This document shows positions 8,935 to 19,746 of a stretch of 56,284 nucleotides of DNA, in pieces. Source of the DNA: an uncultured Paludibacter sp. (GTDB lineage: Bacteria > Bacteroidota > Bacteroidia > Bacteroidales > Paludibacteraceae); the NCBI GenBank assembly GCA_964515675.1, contig CAZEVV010000001.1, forward strand, positions 1 to 56,284, written 5' to 3'. Under the pieces are notes generated by a model. It was not told the origin of the DNA and did not search any database. It saw only the letters and a program-made list of their open reading frames with translations. The number at the start of each line of letters is the position of its first letter. Position 1 is the stretch's first letter. Both the position numbers and the translations under genes were made by a program.

Positions 8935-10302
8935 CTATCTATTCAAATACCTTTCGTAAGTACCAAGTACATTGGGAACGAAAAGCAAGGTTTCGCGACC
9001 TCTAATTCTTCCATGTTTCACAACTGGATCGTTATAAAATTCAGGTTCGTTTTTTTTAGCAAAATAATACTCAACGTTATTGAACCAAATTTGCGGGTTT
9101 TTGCCATATTTTTTAGTCAATTCGATGGCATCGAACACATGCGCTGGGCCCGAATTGTAACTTGCCAAAATAAATTTTATACGTTCATCTTTATTTTCAA
9201 TTTTCCGAAACGATAGATTCAAACTTTTAATGTACTGAACGCCAGCCTCAATGTTTTTTGCTGGATTTAAAATATTTTCTCTGTCGAGTCCGAAATTGGC
9301 AGCCGTACGAGGCATAAGTTGCATGAGCCCACTAGCGCCCATTCGCGACACTTGCGCCGAGTCGAAGCGTGACTCGTGAAATGCCAAAGCAGCCAACAAG
9401 CGCCAATCCCAATTTATTTCGGCGGCATATTTTTTAAAATAATGATCGTAAGGCGATATTGCACCTTTAGGTATACGCACCCGCCTACTAGCAAAAAACG
9501 GGCTACGCTCATTGTATTTTTGCGAAAGTAAATCGCTCAATCGCTGCGTAAATGGATCGTTGAGCCAAGTGTCGATTTTTTGTTTTAATGCAGTACTTTC
9601 TTTACGTATCAACCAACCATTTTTTTGCTCAAAACCCAATGCTAAACGTATATCAAGTTGCCTATATTGCGATTTGTAAAGGCTTGCCATATTGTAATAA
9701 GCAATGCTGTACTCAATTTTATTTTGTGCAACCATTTCAATCAATTCTTCCGAACTTACCGAATCGGGTGCTTCAACAATTTCGAAAATATTACCCATTT
9801 CTTGGTTTAAATTCTCTAATCGCTTTTTATAAACAGTATTTGGTTTAACATGAATTTTTTTTCCATTCAGCTCCGAAATATCAGTCAATGTATTGATACC
9901 TAGTTTTTGAACCAATACCAAATGCGAACTCGCACGTGGAAAAACGAAATCGAAATATGTTTTCATTTCCTTTGTTTCGGCAATATTATAGGCAATAATA
10001 TCCACTTTTTGTTCCTGTAACAATATAGCCATTTCGCTAATATTATTGCAAACTACAAATTTAATTTCTACATCTAAAAATTCGGCTAAATTGTTCACCA
10101 TTTCGTAGTCGAAACCCATTGTTTCGTCGCGAAAATTAAAATACGAAATAGCACCTTGCATTGTTGCAACACGCAAAGTATCGTGGTTCACAATTTCTTG
10201 CAAATCGTAAACCATGCTTTTTTCGTTTTGTTTTTTGGGAATTACGCATGCGAAAACAACAAATACAATCCCCAAAACAATGCTTATTTTGTTTGCTTTC
10301 AT
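8935..10302 (-). CDS. mltF: MltF-like lytic transglycosylase (substrate-binding domain plus SLT domain), possible lipoprotein
   Basis: N-terminal hydrophobic stretch ending in FAC; GFDYEM; WRLLAALAFHESRFD, GASGLMQLMP, ASYNSG. Confidence 0.85.
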   Translation of the reverse strand: MKANKISIVLGIVFVVFACVIPKKQNEKSMVYDLQEIVNHDTLRVATMQGAISYFNFRDETMGFDYEMVNNLAEFLDVEIKFVVCNNISEMAILLQEQKVDIIAYNIAETKEMKTYFDFVFPRASSHLVLVQKLGINTLTDISELNGKKIHVKPNTVYKKRLENLNQEMGNIFEIVEAPDSVSSEELIEMVAQNKIEYSIAYYNMASLYKSQYRQLDIRLALGFEQKNGWLIRKESTALKQKIDTWLNDPFTQRLSDLLSQKYNERSPFFASRRVRIPKGAISPYDHYFKKYAAEINWDWRLLAALAFHESRFDSAQVSRMGASGLMQLMPRTAANFGLDRENILNPAKNIEAGVQYIKSLNLSFRKIENKDERIKFILASYNSGPAHVFDAIELTKKYGKNPQIWFNNVEYYFAKKNEPEFYNDPVVKHGRIRGRETLLFVPNVLGTYERYLNR

Positions 10303-10308
10303 TGCATC

Positions 10309-11049
10309 TTAAACATGCGTTATATGCTCAATATTAATCTGTTCCATTCGGTTGATAGCTAAAAACACTTGCGCCGTTGCCACCACATCTTTTTCGCAAT
10401 AGCGAGCTATACGCGCTAAATCGTTTTCGACATAGTAAACATTTGCAACCTGACTGCCATCAATATCATCTTTTGGTGTAGGAATACCAAATACCGCCGT
10501 AAGCAGCTTGAGCGAAGTATAGTTTTTAAAGTCGCCAAACTTCCAAAGTTCCATGGTGTCGTAAAAATTTATCTCCCATGGTTTCTTTCCCGAAATATCA
10601 ATAATTTTTGGTAATTCGACCCTATTTATGAGCATACGACGACAAATGTATGGAACATCAAACTCTTTAATATTGTGTCCGCAAATGCTATGGTCGTTGG
10701 TATTGTACGATTTATTAAGTAGCGCAGCAAAATCGGTGAGTAGTTTTTGCTCATCTTCATGTGCAAACGATTTTGTGCGAAAATGCATTTGTCCGTTTTC
10801 GTAGAAAACATAACCAACTGATATACATACAATTTTACCAAATTCGGCATAAATCCCGGCACTTTGTTTAAAAGTGCTTGCAGCGGTATCGTTTTCGTTG
10901 TATTTTTCGGGCATTCGTTTGCTTATCATATTAAATTTGTCCTCCCATAAATGCTTTAAATCGTCGGACAATTGGTCGAATGATGCAAATGCAGGAACTG
11001 TTTCGATATCGAGAAACAAAATTTTTTGCAAAAGAGATGGCTGTATCAT
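10309..11049 (-). CDS. Stand-alone PolB-like 3'-5' exonuclease
   Basis: ExoI FLDIETVP, ExoII GHNIKEFDVPY, ExoIII YCEKDV. Confidence 0.9.
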   Translation of the reverse strand: MIQPSLLQKILFLDIETVPAFASFDQLSDDLKHLWEDKFNMISKRMPEKYNENDTAASTFKQSAGIYAEFGKIVCISVGYVFYENGQMHFRTKSFAHEDEQKLLTDFAALLNKSYNTNDHSICGHNIKEFDVPYICRRMLINRVELPKIIDISGKKPWEINFYDTMELWKFGDFKNYTSLKLLTAVFGIPTPKDDIDGSQVANVYYVENDLARIARYCEKDVVATAQVFLAINRMEQINIEHITHV

Positions 11050-11140
11050 ACAATATTATTTATGTTAATGCAACAAAAAAAATCGTGATTAAGCAAATAA
11101 AAATCGTGCCAAAAAATTATCAAAAAACAAGCTCTAAAGT

Positions 11141-11752
11141 TTATTTGTTGATATTATTTTCGATGTATTTAGTAAGAATATCAATTGCGATATGATTGTT
11201 ACCACCTTGTGGGATAATTAAATCGGCAAAGCGTTTGGTGGGTTCAATAAACTGCAAATGCATTGGTTTTACGGTACATTCGTAACGTTCCATTACTTTG
11301 TTTACCGATCGTCCACGTTCAACAATATCACGATTAATAACGCGCATCAAGCGATCGTCGGCATCAGCATCAACAAAAACTTTTAGGTCGAGCATGTCGC
11401 GCAATTCGGGATTTGTAAGTATCAAAATTCCCTCGACAATAATAATTTTACAAGGTTTAATTGGAATAGTTTCTTCGGCACGTGTACATGTTAAATACGA
11501 ATAGATTGGCTGTTCGATAACTTTGCCTTCCTTAACTTCTTTAAGATGTTGTACAAGTAATTCGAACTCAATAGAATCGGGATGATCAAAATTTATTTCG
11601 AGTCGTTCTTCGAGCGGAAGATGACTGCTATCGCGATAATACGAATCTTGTGGAAGAATAACAACCTCGCCTTGAGGAAGACATTCGGCTATTTTTCGCA
11701 CTACTGTTGTTTTACCCGAACCTGTGCCACCTGCAATACCAATTATTAACAT
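11141..11752 (-). CDS. udk: Uridine kinase
   Basis: IGIAGGTGSGKTT, QDSYY, NFDHPDS, IIVEGIL, RDIVERGR, KPMHLQFIEPTKRFAD. Confidence 0.96.
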   Translation of the reverse strand: MLIIGIAGGTGSGKTTVVRKIAECLPQGEVVILPQDSYYRDSSHLPLEERLEINFDHPDSIEFELLVQHLKEVKEGKVIEQPIYSYLTCTRAEETIPIKPCKIIIVEGILILTNPELRDMLDLKVFVDADADDRLMRVINRDIVERGRSVNKVMERYECTVKPMHLQFIEPTKRFADLIIPQGGNNHIAIDILTKYIENNINK

Positions 11753-12059
11753 TTTATTTTGTATTTAATATTTCAGAGCACTAAAGTACATAATTATTTC
11801 TTTTTCAACAAAAAATAGCGAAAATAAAAATTTATAATAAAACAATACCTATGTTTTAAATATTTGTATTTAAATAAAATAATACAATAAATATAAAGTA
11901 TATATTCAAACAAAAAAAATATCCTTACTGATATAATTTTACAATATAGCATATGAAAACAATTATTTATTTGTAAAAAAATGAGTGATTTTAATTCAAC
12001 ATTTGCAACATTTGTTTGCAAAATAACATCAAGGATTTAAACATTAAACAAAGAATTTT

Positions 12060-12842
12060 ATGCAAAGAAAGATTTTCCTATTCATTATTTTGCTGCAATG
12101 TATTGTCGTAAGCAGCAATTCGCAGGTTTTAAAAAACTTTTCGCTTGGTATCGACATTGGACGAAACTACAGTACAGCCACCCTCAACAATAAATGGGCA
12201 GTTAGGCAAGATGTAGGTACGTATTACGACAGTAATTCGGGCAATAGTATGCTCAACAACAACTTAAACTTGGGCTATTTTAGCCTAAAACCATCGTTCA
12301 ACATTTTCGACGAAAGATTTACAGTAGCAAGTGGACTTAGAATACAATTCGTTGACAGTGAAATGACTAAAGCAGGTTCGGGTTCACGAAATTTCTTTTA
12401 TTTACGTTACAACTCATCAATTAGCCGAACCGACTTTGCGCGTGTAACGCAAATTTCGGAATCGAACGTGTACCTCGGCATTCCACTTGAAATTAGCTAT
12501 AATGTATTTCAGTATGGAAATTTTGGTGCACATCTAATGTTAGGTGCCGAAGCTGGATATAGGGTTAAAAGCAAGGCATTTATAGGTTTTTATGACGAAG
12601 GAATGACGAATCAAATCAACGAGGTGATGAACGGTATTGATGTTAGTAGCAATAGGCTAATTTCGAGTGTTTATGCAAGTGTAGGAGCTAATTACAATCA
12701 AAACAACAAAGTTATTTACAAAATCGACTTTTTGCTTCCTTCGAAATATCTGACTAAAAATAATTCATCATTATTAGATTACGAAAATTTTTCGGGCATA
12801 CAATTCTCTATCAGCTTTTTGTTGAATAAAAACAACAATTAA
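12060..12842 (+). CDS. Exported protein, probable outer-membrane beta-barrel (PorT/OMP_b-brl-like)
   Basis: Signal peptide ending in SQ; alternating beta-strands; YLGIPLEISY motif; terminal strand FSGIQFSISF. Confidence 0.6.
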   Translation: MQRKIFLFIILLQCIVVSSNSQVLKNFSLGIDIGRNYSTATLNNKWAVRQDVGTYYDSNSGNSMLNNNLNLGYFSLKPSFNIFDERFTVASGLRIQFVDSEMTKAGSGSRNFFYLRYNSSISRTDFARVTQISESNVYLGIPLEISYNVFQYGNFGAHLMLGAEAGYRVKSKAFIGFYDEGMTNQINEVMNGIDVSSNRLISSVYASVGANYNQNNKVIYKIDFLLPSKYLTKNNSSLLDYENFSGIQFSISFLLNKNNN

Positions 12843-12880
12843 TCTGGCATATATTAATCAAAAAAATAAAACATTTGAAA

Positions 12881-13474
12881 ATGAATACATTAACAAAAAT
12901 AGCTATCATTGCACTTAGCATTGTAATAAGTGCTTGCTCGTACAACGATGACATTGAACTTTCGCGTTCGGTTTTTATTAACGACCATGCTAACCCTGGC
13001 CTGCCAGTATATTCGGAATGGGGATACAATACTTTTGGTGCATATATCGACCGTAAAGTTTTTGTGTCGGAAAACTACGAATTACCTACAAAAATTATTG
13101 TAAATGGCGACACACTCAAAATGCAATTTAGGGGTCGAATGAATAACCTGCCTACAACGCTAAGGTTCTGGTTCATTGGATACAATCCTTTAAAATTTAG
13201 CGACTTAACCAGCTTCAACAATAAAAAAATTGACTTAAAAAGCGATAAATGTATTGTTACTTATATCGAAAACAATGTTACAAAAACATTAAGAATAATT
13301 GAAGGAGAAATGCATTTCGTAAAAGCTCAAAACTTATATATCGACAATGAGCTTACGCGTACAATACTTTCGGGTAAATTTCAGTTTAAAACATTTTTCG
13401 ACAACGAGCCCATTGCTGTTACCAATGGCCGATTCGACTTTGGTATAGGATATGAGAATTTTTATAATTTCTAA
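12881..13474 (+). CDS. Hypothetical lipoprotein
   Basis: Lipobox-like VISAC followed by acidic residues; LPVYSEWGYNTFGAYI and GRFD motifs. Confidence 0.7.
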   Translation: MNTLTKIAIIALSIVISACSYNDDIELSRSVFINDHANPGLPVYSEWGYNTFGAYIDRKVFVSENYELPTKIIVNGDTLKMQFRGRMNNLPTTLRFWFIGYNPLKFSDLTSFNNKKIDLKSDKCIVTYIENNVTKTLRIIEGEMHFVKAQNLYIDNELTRTILSGKFQFKTFFDNEPIAVTNGRFDFGIGYENFYNF

Positions 13475-13495
13475 TTCTCTGATTTACACTTTGAT

Positions 13496-13533
13496 AAAAA
13501 AAAGCCGCTTCGTGATTGAGGCGGCTTTTTTTT
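13496..13533. terminator. Bidirectional terminator
   Basis: A-run, GCCGCTTC...GAGGCGGC, T-run. Confidence 0.8.
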
Positions 13534-13540
13534 GGGTTAA

Positions 13541-13582
13541 AAATGAAAAATGAGAAATGAAAAATGAGAAATGAGAAATGAA
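13541..13582. repeat. Heptamer tandem repeat (AAATGAR)x6
   Basis: AAATGAA AAATGAG AAATGAA AAATGAG AAATGAG AAATGAA. Confidence 0.85.
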
Positions 13583-13626
13583 GAATTAGCAGCAATACGA
13601 GTGCTAAATACTACCTTTTTAGTATT

Positions 13627-14883
13627 TTATTCATAACGAATAATTTTTGCTGGTAGTATTTTAGTTATCAAATACGAAGGGCCAATCATCATTAAAACCG
13701 AAGCTAAAAGCGTGCCTATATTGAGTAATATAAGCAATGTCCAATTAAAAACAATGGGCACCGAACTTACATAATATGCTTCGGCTTTGAGCGGAACGAT
13801 ATTGAAAAAATATTGTAATGCACATATTGTGAGCCCAATAGCATTGCCCCACAACATACCTTTGCTAATTAGAAATAACGAATGGTAAAGAAAAATTTTT
13901 CGCACCGACCAATTGGTGGCTCCCAACGATTTAAGAATACCAATCATATTGGTGCGTTCGAGTATTAAAATTAACAAGCCCGAAATCATGTTGAAACCTG
14001 CTACTGCAAGCATCAATATTAATATTACCCAAACATTCATATCGAGCAAATCGAGCCAACCAAATATTTGCGGATTTATGTCCTTAATTGTTTGTGTGTA
14101 TAAACGCATGGCATCATCCGCATCTTCATTTTCGGTGTACATTATTTGACTATAATCATACACTTTGTCGGCAATAACATCGAGTTTCGAGAAGTCGTTT
14201 ATCAAAATTTCGATACCACTTACCTCATCAACATCCCACGCATTAATTTGCTGAATATGACGCATATCGGTGATTAAAAACAATTTGTCGAAATCAGTAA
14301 AATTAGTTTCGTAAATGCCACCAACTATAAACCTACGTGCACGCACCTGTTCGTTAACGAAATATGTAAAAAACTGACTACCAACATCTAACTTCATTAA
14401 TCGAGCCAGCTGTTTCGAAATTAAAACATTATTCGACACCGAGTCAGTTGATAAATGTGGCATTTCGCCCTCCACCAAATGTTGTGCAAAAAAACTCCAG
14501 TCAAAATTTTTATCAACTCCTTTGAGCACTATCCCCTGAAATGCATCTTCAGTTTTAATTATTCCAGGTTTTGTAGCAAAAAGTTGCACATCCTTTACAC
14601 CCTTAATTTTACGTAGTGAATCAATATCGGCATTATTTATTTTGATTGGGTGTGTATCGTAATTATTAATCGACTCGATATTAACCAATTGTATATGACC
14701 ACCAAAGCCAATCGTTTTGTTGCGTATTTCTTGTTTGAAACCAATAACCACAGCCACCGAAATTATCATTATAGCCAAACCAAGCGCAATGCCAATAATA
14801 GCAATGCGCACTGCTGGACGAGAAATATTTTTTTTATCTTGCCTAAAATGAATACGTTTGGCTATGAAAAATTCTAACGACAT
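13627..14883 (-). CDS. LolC/LolE-type lipoprotein-releasing ABC permease (MacB/FtsX domains)
   Basis: FIAKR start, TM1, large periplasmic domain, LILILERTNMIGILKSLGA, three C-terminal TM helices. Confidence 0.88.
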   Translation of the reverse strand: MSLEFFIAKRIHFRQDKKNISRPAVRIAIIGIALGLAIMIISVAVVIGFKQEIRNKTIGFGGHIQLVNIESINNYDTHPIKINNADIDSLRKIKGVKDVQLFATKPGIIKTEDAFQGIVLKGVDKNFDWSFFAQHLVEGEMPHLSTDSVSNNVLISKQLARLMKLDVGSQFFTYFVNEQVRARRFIVGGIYETNFTDFDKLFLITDMRHIQQINAWDVDEVSGIEILINDFSKLDVIADKVYDYSQIMYTENEDADDAMRLYTQTIKDINPQIFGWLDLLDMNVWVILILMLAVAGFNMISGLLILILERTNMIGILKSLGATNWSVRKIFLYHSLFLISKGMLWGNAIGLTICALQYFFNIVPLKAEAYYVSSVPIVFNWTLLILLNIGTLLASVLMMIGPSYLITKILPAKIIRYE

Positions 14884-15014
14884 AAATATCTTGAATTTAG
14901 TTATTTAGCAAAATAAAAATGATGCATATTGGCGATAATTCACCAAATTTATGCATCATTTTCAAGCAATAAGCATGAAAAATCACACAGATTGCAAAAG
15001 TAACAAAAAAAGTC

Positions 15015-16214
15015 TTACAATTTTCGCCCAGGATAAACTTCGAGTGCTTTTTGTAGTACAACAAGTGCTTTTTCGAGCTCATGTTTTTCGAGTACATAGG
15101 CAATACGCACTTCATCCAATCCCATGCCGGGTGTGCTGTAAAATCCCGATGCAGGTGCAAGCATCAAAGTAGCGCCTTCGTATTCGAAATCGGACAAAAG
15201 CCATGCACAAAACTTATCAGCGTTTTCGACAGGCAGACGTGCAACTGTGTAAAATGCGCCCATAGGCATTGGCGTAAAAACACCAGGGATTTTGTTGAGT
15301 CCTTCGATAAGGAAATTGCGTCGCGAAATGTATTCGTTATAGGTATTTTCGAGATATTCGGGCGCAACATCCATCGAAGCTTCAGCAGCAATTTGTCCGA
15401 GCAATGGTGGGCTCAAACGTGCTTGACAAAACTTCATTACATTAGCGCGAATTTCTTTATTTTTTGTTACCAATGCGCCTATTCGTATACCACACTCACT
15501 ATATCGTTTTGATACTGAGTCGATAAGAATTACATTTTCTTCGATATTATCTAAATGGAAGGCCGAAATATAAGGTAAATCGGTGTAGCAAAACTCACGA
15601 TAAACCTCGTCGGAAAACAAAAATAAATCGTATTTTTTTACCAAATCGCGAATTTTTAGCATCTCGGCACGTGTGTACAAATAGCCCGTAGGGTTATTAG
15701 GGTTACAAATTAATAAACCCTTTGTACGTGGTGTTATTAGCGCTTCGAGTTTTTCGATGCTTGGCAATGCAAAACCCTCGTCGATACTCGAAACTACTGG
15801 CACTACAACAGCACCAGCACCAATGGCAAAAGCCGTGTAGTTGGCATAAGCAGGCTCGGGCACAATAATTTCGTCGCCTGGGTCGAGGCAGCTCATAAAC
15901 GCAAAATTAACCGCTTCGCTCCCACCCGTTGTAATAATAATATCATCTTCGGTAACATCGATATTGAAACGATGGTAATAGGATGCCAATTTCGATTTTA
16001 GCGATTTTATACCATCGCTCGGACTGTACTCCAAAATGCTACGATCGATATTGCGTATGGCATCGATGGCTACCTGTGGCGTTTTTATATCGGGTTGACC
16101 AATATTTAGTTGTAGCACTTTAAGACCACGTGCACGAGCTTTTTCGGCAAATGGAGCTAGTTTTCGAATGGGCGATTCGGGCATTGTTTGTCCGCGCTTT
16201 GATGATTTTGGCAT
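15015..16214 (-). CDS. PLP-dependent class I/II aminotransferase (aspartate aminotransferase-like)
   Basis: LNIGQPD, NPNNPTG, SDEVY, DSVSKRYSECGIRIG; ATG at 16214 preferred over TTG at 16223. Confidence 0.92.
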   Translation of the reverse strand: MPKSSKRGQTMPESPIRKLAPFAEKARARGLKVLQLNIGQPDIKTPQVAIDAIRNIDRSILEYSPSDGIKSLKSKLASYYHRFNIDVTEDDIIITTGGSEAVNFAFMSCLDPGDEIIVPEPAYANYTAFAIGAGAVVVPVVSSIDEGFALPSIEKLEALITPRTKGLLICNPNNPTGYLYTRAEMLKIRDLVKKYDLFLFSDEVYREFCYTDLPYISAFHLDNIEENVILIDSVSKRYSECGIRIGALVTKNKEIRANVMKFCQARLSPPLLGQIAAEASMDVAPEYLENTYNEYISRRNFLIEGLNKIPGVFTPMPMGAFYTVARLPVENADKFCAWLLSDFEYEGATLMLAPASGFYSTPGMGLDEVRIAYVLEKHELEKALVVLQKALEVYPGRKL

Positions 16215-16580
16215 AAAAATCAATTTCTTTAATGTAAAATTACTTTTTATAGTTTTATTATTAACATAATTACTTCACCGAAAATAAAGATTATAAACCT
16301 AATCACAAAATTATTGATTTCTTATGCAAAATTAGCGTGTGAAAACAATATTTTCGATATGTAATAATGGAGCGCAAAAATACAAAAAAATGACGAATTA
16401 TTACTTTGTTTATTGTTTTAGATAGCAATTATTATCGAATATAGGTATTAAACAATAAAAAAGAGCAAACAAACGCATAAATACTGTATTAAAATGTATT
16501 TTTATTGTTGCGATTGAAAAAAAGTCGAGGTTTAAAACAAAATAAACTCCATAAATTTAGGTTTAATAATTAAAAAAACT

Positions 16581-16588
16581 TACTTTTG
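16581..16588 (+). promoter_or_regulatory. -7 promoter element for the GNAT/GT/flippase operon
   Basis: TACTTTTG about 30 nt upstream of the ATG at 16617. Confidence 0.6.
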
Positions 16589-16616
16589 TTACACAAAAAA
16601 AATATTGCCTCATTCA

Positions 16617-17582
16617 ATGCAAAACGAAATAAATAATAAAGAAATTTATCGCCAATTGTGTTTGGAGCAAACAAACATCCCGCTTTTTTTGCAAGCTTGG
16701 TGGATGGATGCTGTATGTAACGATGACTGGGATGTGTTATTGGCAAAAAATAATGACAAAATTGAAGGCGTTTTGGTTTATAGTTTAATACAAAAAGCTG
16801 GTTTCAAACTAATAATTAACCCACAACTTACACAAAATAGCGGTTTGTGGCTCAATTACCCTCAAAAAATGAGCGCCATGCAAAAACTCGACTTCGAAAA
16901 ACGGGTTTGCAATATACTTATCGATGGAATTGAAAAAATGGATTTGGCTTACTACGATCAGTGTTTTCATTACAGTTATAGTAATTGGCTACCATTTTAT
17001 TGGCGCAATTTCACACAAACAACGCGATATACATATCAAATAAAGGACATTAGCGACACAGATCAGTGTTTTAAGAACTTCAGTTATGCTAAACGCAAGC
17101 AAATTAAAAAAGCCGAAAAAGCACTTTCGATAGATTTTTCATTGTCACCACTCGAATTTTACATACATCTAAAAGAAAATCTTGCTAAAAAGAAGCAAGA
17201 TGTTTTTTATAGCGAACAAAAATTTTTTAATTTATACGCCAAAGCAACCGAGCGTAAACAAGCATTTATTATTTCAGCCAGTGATAGTGAAGATAAAATA
17301 CATGCTGCATTATTTATTGTGTGGGATAATATGTCTGCTTACAATTTAATATCATCTATCGACCCCGATTGTAAATCGAGTGGTGCGTCGACTTTGGTTG
17401 TGTGGGAAGCAATAAAATATTTAAGTGGAAAAACACTGATATTTGATTTTGAAGGTAGTATGGATGAGAATATCGAAAACTCTTTCAAACAATTTGGTAC
17501 CGAACAAGTGCCCTATTTTAGAATAATAAAAGAAAAATCGCAAATATTCAAAGCACTTTTAGCATTACGCAAATGGCAATAA
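16617..17582 (+). CDS. FemAB-like / GNAT-fold acyl- or aminoacyl-transferase
   Basis: PLFLQAWWMDAV, PFYWRNF..TTRYTY, RKQIKKA, LVVWEAI, FDFEGSM..IENSFKQFG. Confidence 0.8.
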   Translation: MQNEINNKEIYRQLCLEQTNIPLFLQAWWMDAVCNDDWDVLLAKNNDKIEGVLVYSLIQKAGFKLIINPQLTQNSGLWLNYPQKMSAMQKLDFEKRVCNILIDGIEKMDLAYYDQCFHYSYSNWLPFYWRNFTQTTRYTYQIKDISDTDQCFKNFSYAKRKQIKKAEKALSIDFSLSPLEFYIHLKENLAKKKQDVFYSEQKFFNLYAKATERKQAFIISASDSEDKIHAALFIVWDNMSAYNLISSIDPDCKSSGASTLVVWEAIKYLSGKTLIFDFEGSMDENIENSFKQFGTEQVPYFRIIKEKSQIFKALLALRKWQ

Positions 17583-18547
17583 TCGATGTTGAAAATTTTT
17601 TCAGACTAACGGATGATTTTGAACTAAAAACATACCATCAAAGTCGTGGCAACTATTTGTTTCATAATAGCTTTGGCCGAAACAAATGTTTGTTTTTTGT
17701 TGATGATATACAACATCCAAAAATTGCATGTATTGGACATTATAAAACCAAAATGGGTTTAAAAATGCTCATCATCGAAGGCGAATGTTATCGTACAGAG
17801 AATGATTTTAACGCAAAAAAAATTGAGGCATTTTACGCTGAAATACGTAATATGAATTACGATATTATTGAGGTGAATGCATCGTTGCCCTACCGTTTCG
17901 AATACGAATTTGCGATGCGTCAAGCTGGTTATTTACGTCCTGTAGGCCAATTTTCGATGCCAGTAAGCAAATATATCGATTTGCAAAACGAAATAAAATA
18001 TAATCAGAATTGGAAACGAAATATTAAAAAATCGTTGACCAATGCATTGATATTTAAGCACATTGAAAAATCGGACAATAAAGCATTTGTTGATTTCGTA
18101 GATATTTACAAACAAATGTCAGAACGCAAAGCACTGTCGGTAAACTTTTCGAGTCACAATATTGCTGCAATGTGTTCGTCAAACGATTTCAGACTATATA
18201 TGGTTTACGAAAATAATTGTGCAATTGCAGGAATTATTGTACACACCATTAGCACACATGCAGGATTGCTTTATGCAGCAAGCAACAAAAGGGCCCTCGA
18301 AACATCAGCTTCGTTTTTTATGTACAATAATGTGTTTGAGCATTTGAAAAACGAAGGTTATAAATATTTCGATATGGAAAAATTAGTGCCAGGAAAAACT
18401 TCGACACATTCAGTTTTTTTGTTCAAAAATGGCATCGTAGGACAACATATTCTGCTCAATGGCGAGTGGTCATTTTACAGAAAACAAATTTATAGACCAT
18501 TTATGTATTTTGTAAAAAAACACCTTTTTAAAAAGCGCGAATTATAG
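17573..18547 (+). CDS. Second FemAB-like / GNAT-fold transferase
   Basis: IDL..NWKRNIKKS, LLYAASN, GYKYFDM..FKNG; overlaps the upstream stop codon. Confidence 0.72.
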   Translation: MAIIDVENFFRLTDDFELKTYHQSRGNYLFHNSFGRNKCLFFVDDIQHPKIACIGHYKTKMGLKMLIIEGECYRTENDFNAKKIEAFYAEIRNMNYDIIEVNASLPYRFEYEFAMRQAGYLRPVGQFSMPVSKYIDLQNEIKYNQNWKRNIKKSLTNALIFKHIEKSDNKAFVDFVDIYKQMSERKALSVNFSSHNIAAMCSSNDFRLYMVYENNCAIAGIIVHTISTHAGLLYAASNKRALETSASFFMYNNVFEHLKNEGYKYFDMEKLVPGKTSTHSVFLFKNGIVGQHILLNGEWSFYRKQIYRPFMYFVKKHLFKKREL

Positions 18548-18549
18548 TA

Positions 18550-19746
18550 ATGAATAAAAACATAGAGGATATTCACATATTAAAACTACCCTCTTGGTAT
18601 TTACCAGAAGGTGGGCAATTTTGTCGCAATCAAGCGCAAGCTTTGAATGATATTGGCATTAAAACCAATATATTAGCCAATGTATCTCTATCGGTAAAGA
18701 AATACAAAAAACGCTATTTTACATTGCCATGGTCGAGCTTTGAAAGCAACGAAGATGACTTGTTGGTTTTTAGGCATTATTACCGACATTTACCACTTTT
18801 AAATAAACAAAATGGCTTGCGTTGGACAAGCAAAACGCTCAAAGTTTTTGAACAATACATAGCAAAATATGGCATGCCCGACCTCATTCATGTTCACAGT
18901 GTTTTATGGGGCGGTTATGCAGCATTTCTGATAAAACAAAAATACGGAATACCTTATATTATTACCGAACACAAAGGTATTTTTGGCGAATGGTGTCAGT
19001 GGGCTAAGGATCAGTTTGAAGAATGGCAAGAACCATATATGCGACAAGCATTTTCGCATGCTGAATGTATAGCGCCTGTTTCGGATAAAATAATTCCCAA
19101 AATTAGCAGTCTTACAACAAAAAATGTGCGTATAAAGCCAATTTCAAATATCTTAAATACAGATTTTTTTTCATTTAAGCAACGTTCGATTAACGATACA
19201 GTAAAATTTGTTGCAGTAAATGGCTTTATGCACGTTAAAGCCTATGATATTATGCTACCTGCATTCGATAAAGCATGCGAAATTGTGCCGAATATCAGTC
19301 TTGAAATTGTAGGAGAAAATTTTGAAGGAAAAGCATTCGAAAAACTAATAAAATCAATCAAAAACAAAAATAAAATAACTTTTTGTGGCGAATTAACAAG
19401 CATTGGAGTTCGCGAAAAACTTTGGAATGCAAATGTTTACATAATTTCAAGCAGAGTTGAATCTCAATCGGTTTCGACACTTGAAGCCATGAGCACTGGA
19501 CTTCCAACTATCTGTACAGAAGTAATACCTTCGGATGTTGCCAACGAAAAAACTGCTATTGTAGTACCTGTCGAAAATGTTGGGGCATTAACCGAAGCCA
19601 TAGTAAGAATGAGTAAAACATATCATTTATATGATTATCAGTATATTTCGGACAATATTAAAGCCATTGCTGGTAGCGAAAAAGTATGTTCTGATTTAAA
19701 AAGCTTGTATTTAGAAGTGATTAATAATGATAAAAGAGCGGATTAA
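18550..19746 (+). CDS. GT4 (GT-B fold) glycosyltransferase
   Basis: PSWY..GGQF, PDLIHVHS, IPYIITEH, SRVESQSVSTLEAMSTGLP. Confidence 0.88.
   Translation: MNKNIEDIHILKLPSWYLPEGGQFCRNQAQALNDIGIKTNILANVSLSVKKYKKRYFTLPWSSFESNEDDLLVFRHYYRHLPLLNKQNGLRWTSKTLKVFEQYIAKYGMPDLIHVHSVLWGGYAAFLIKQKYGIPYIITEHKGIFGEWCQWAKDQFEEWQEPYMRQAFSHAECIAPVSDKIIPKISSLTTKNVRIKPISNILNTDFFSFKQRSINDTVKFVAVNGFMHVKAYDIMLPAFDKACEIVPNISLEIVGENFEGKAFEKLIKSIKNKNKITFCGELTSIGVREKLWNANVYIISSRVESQSVSTLEAMSTGLPTICTEVIPSDVANEKTAIVVPVENVGALTEAIVRMSKTYHLYDYQYISDNIKAIAGSEKVCSDLKSLYLEVINNDKRAD

Noticed and set aside
11794-12021. 75-aa minus-strand ORF
   Set aside because: Low-complexity translation of an AT-rich promoter region
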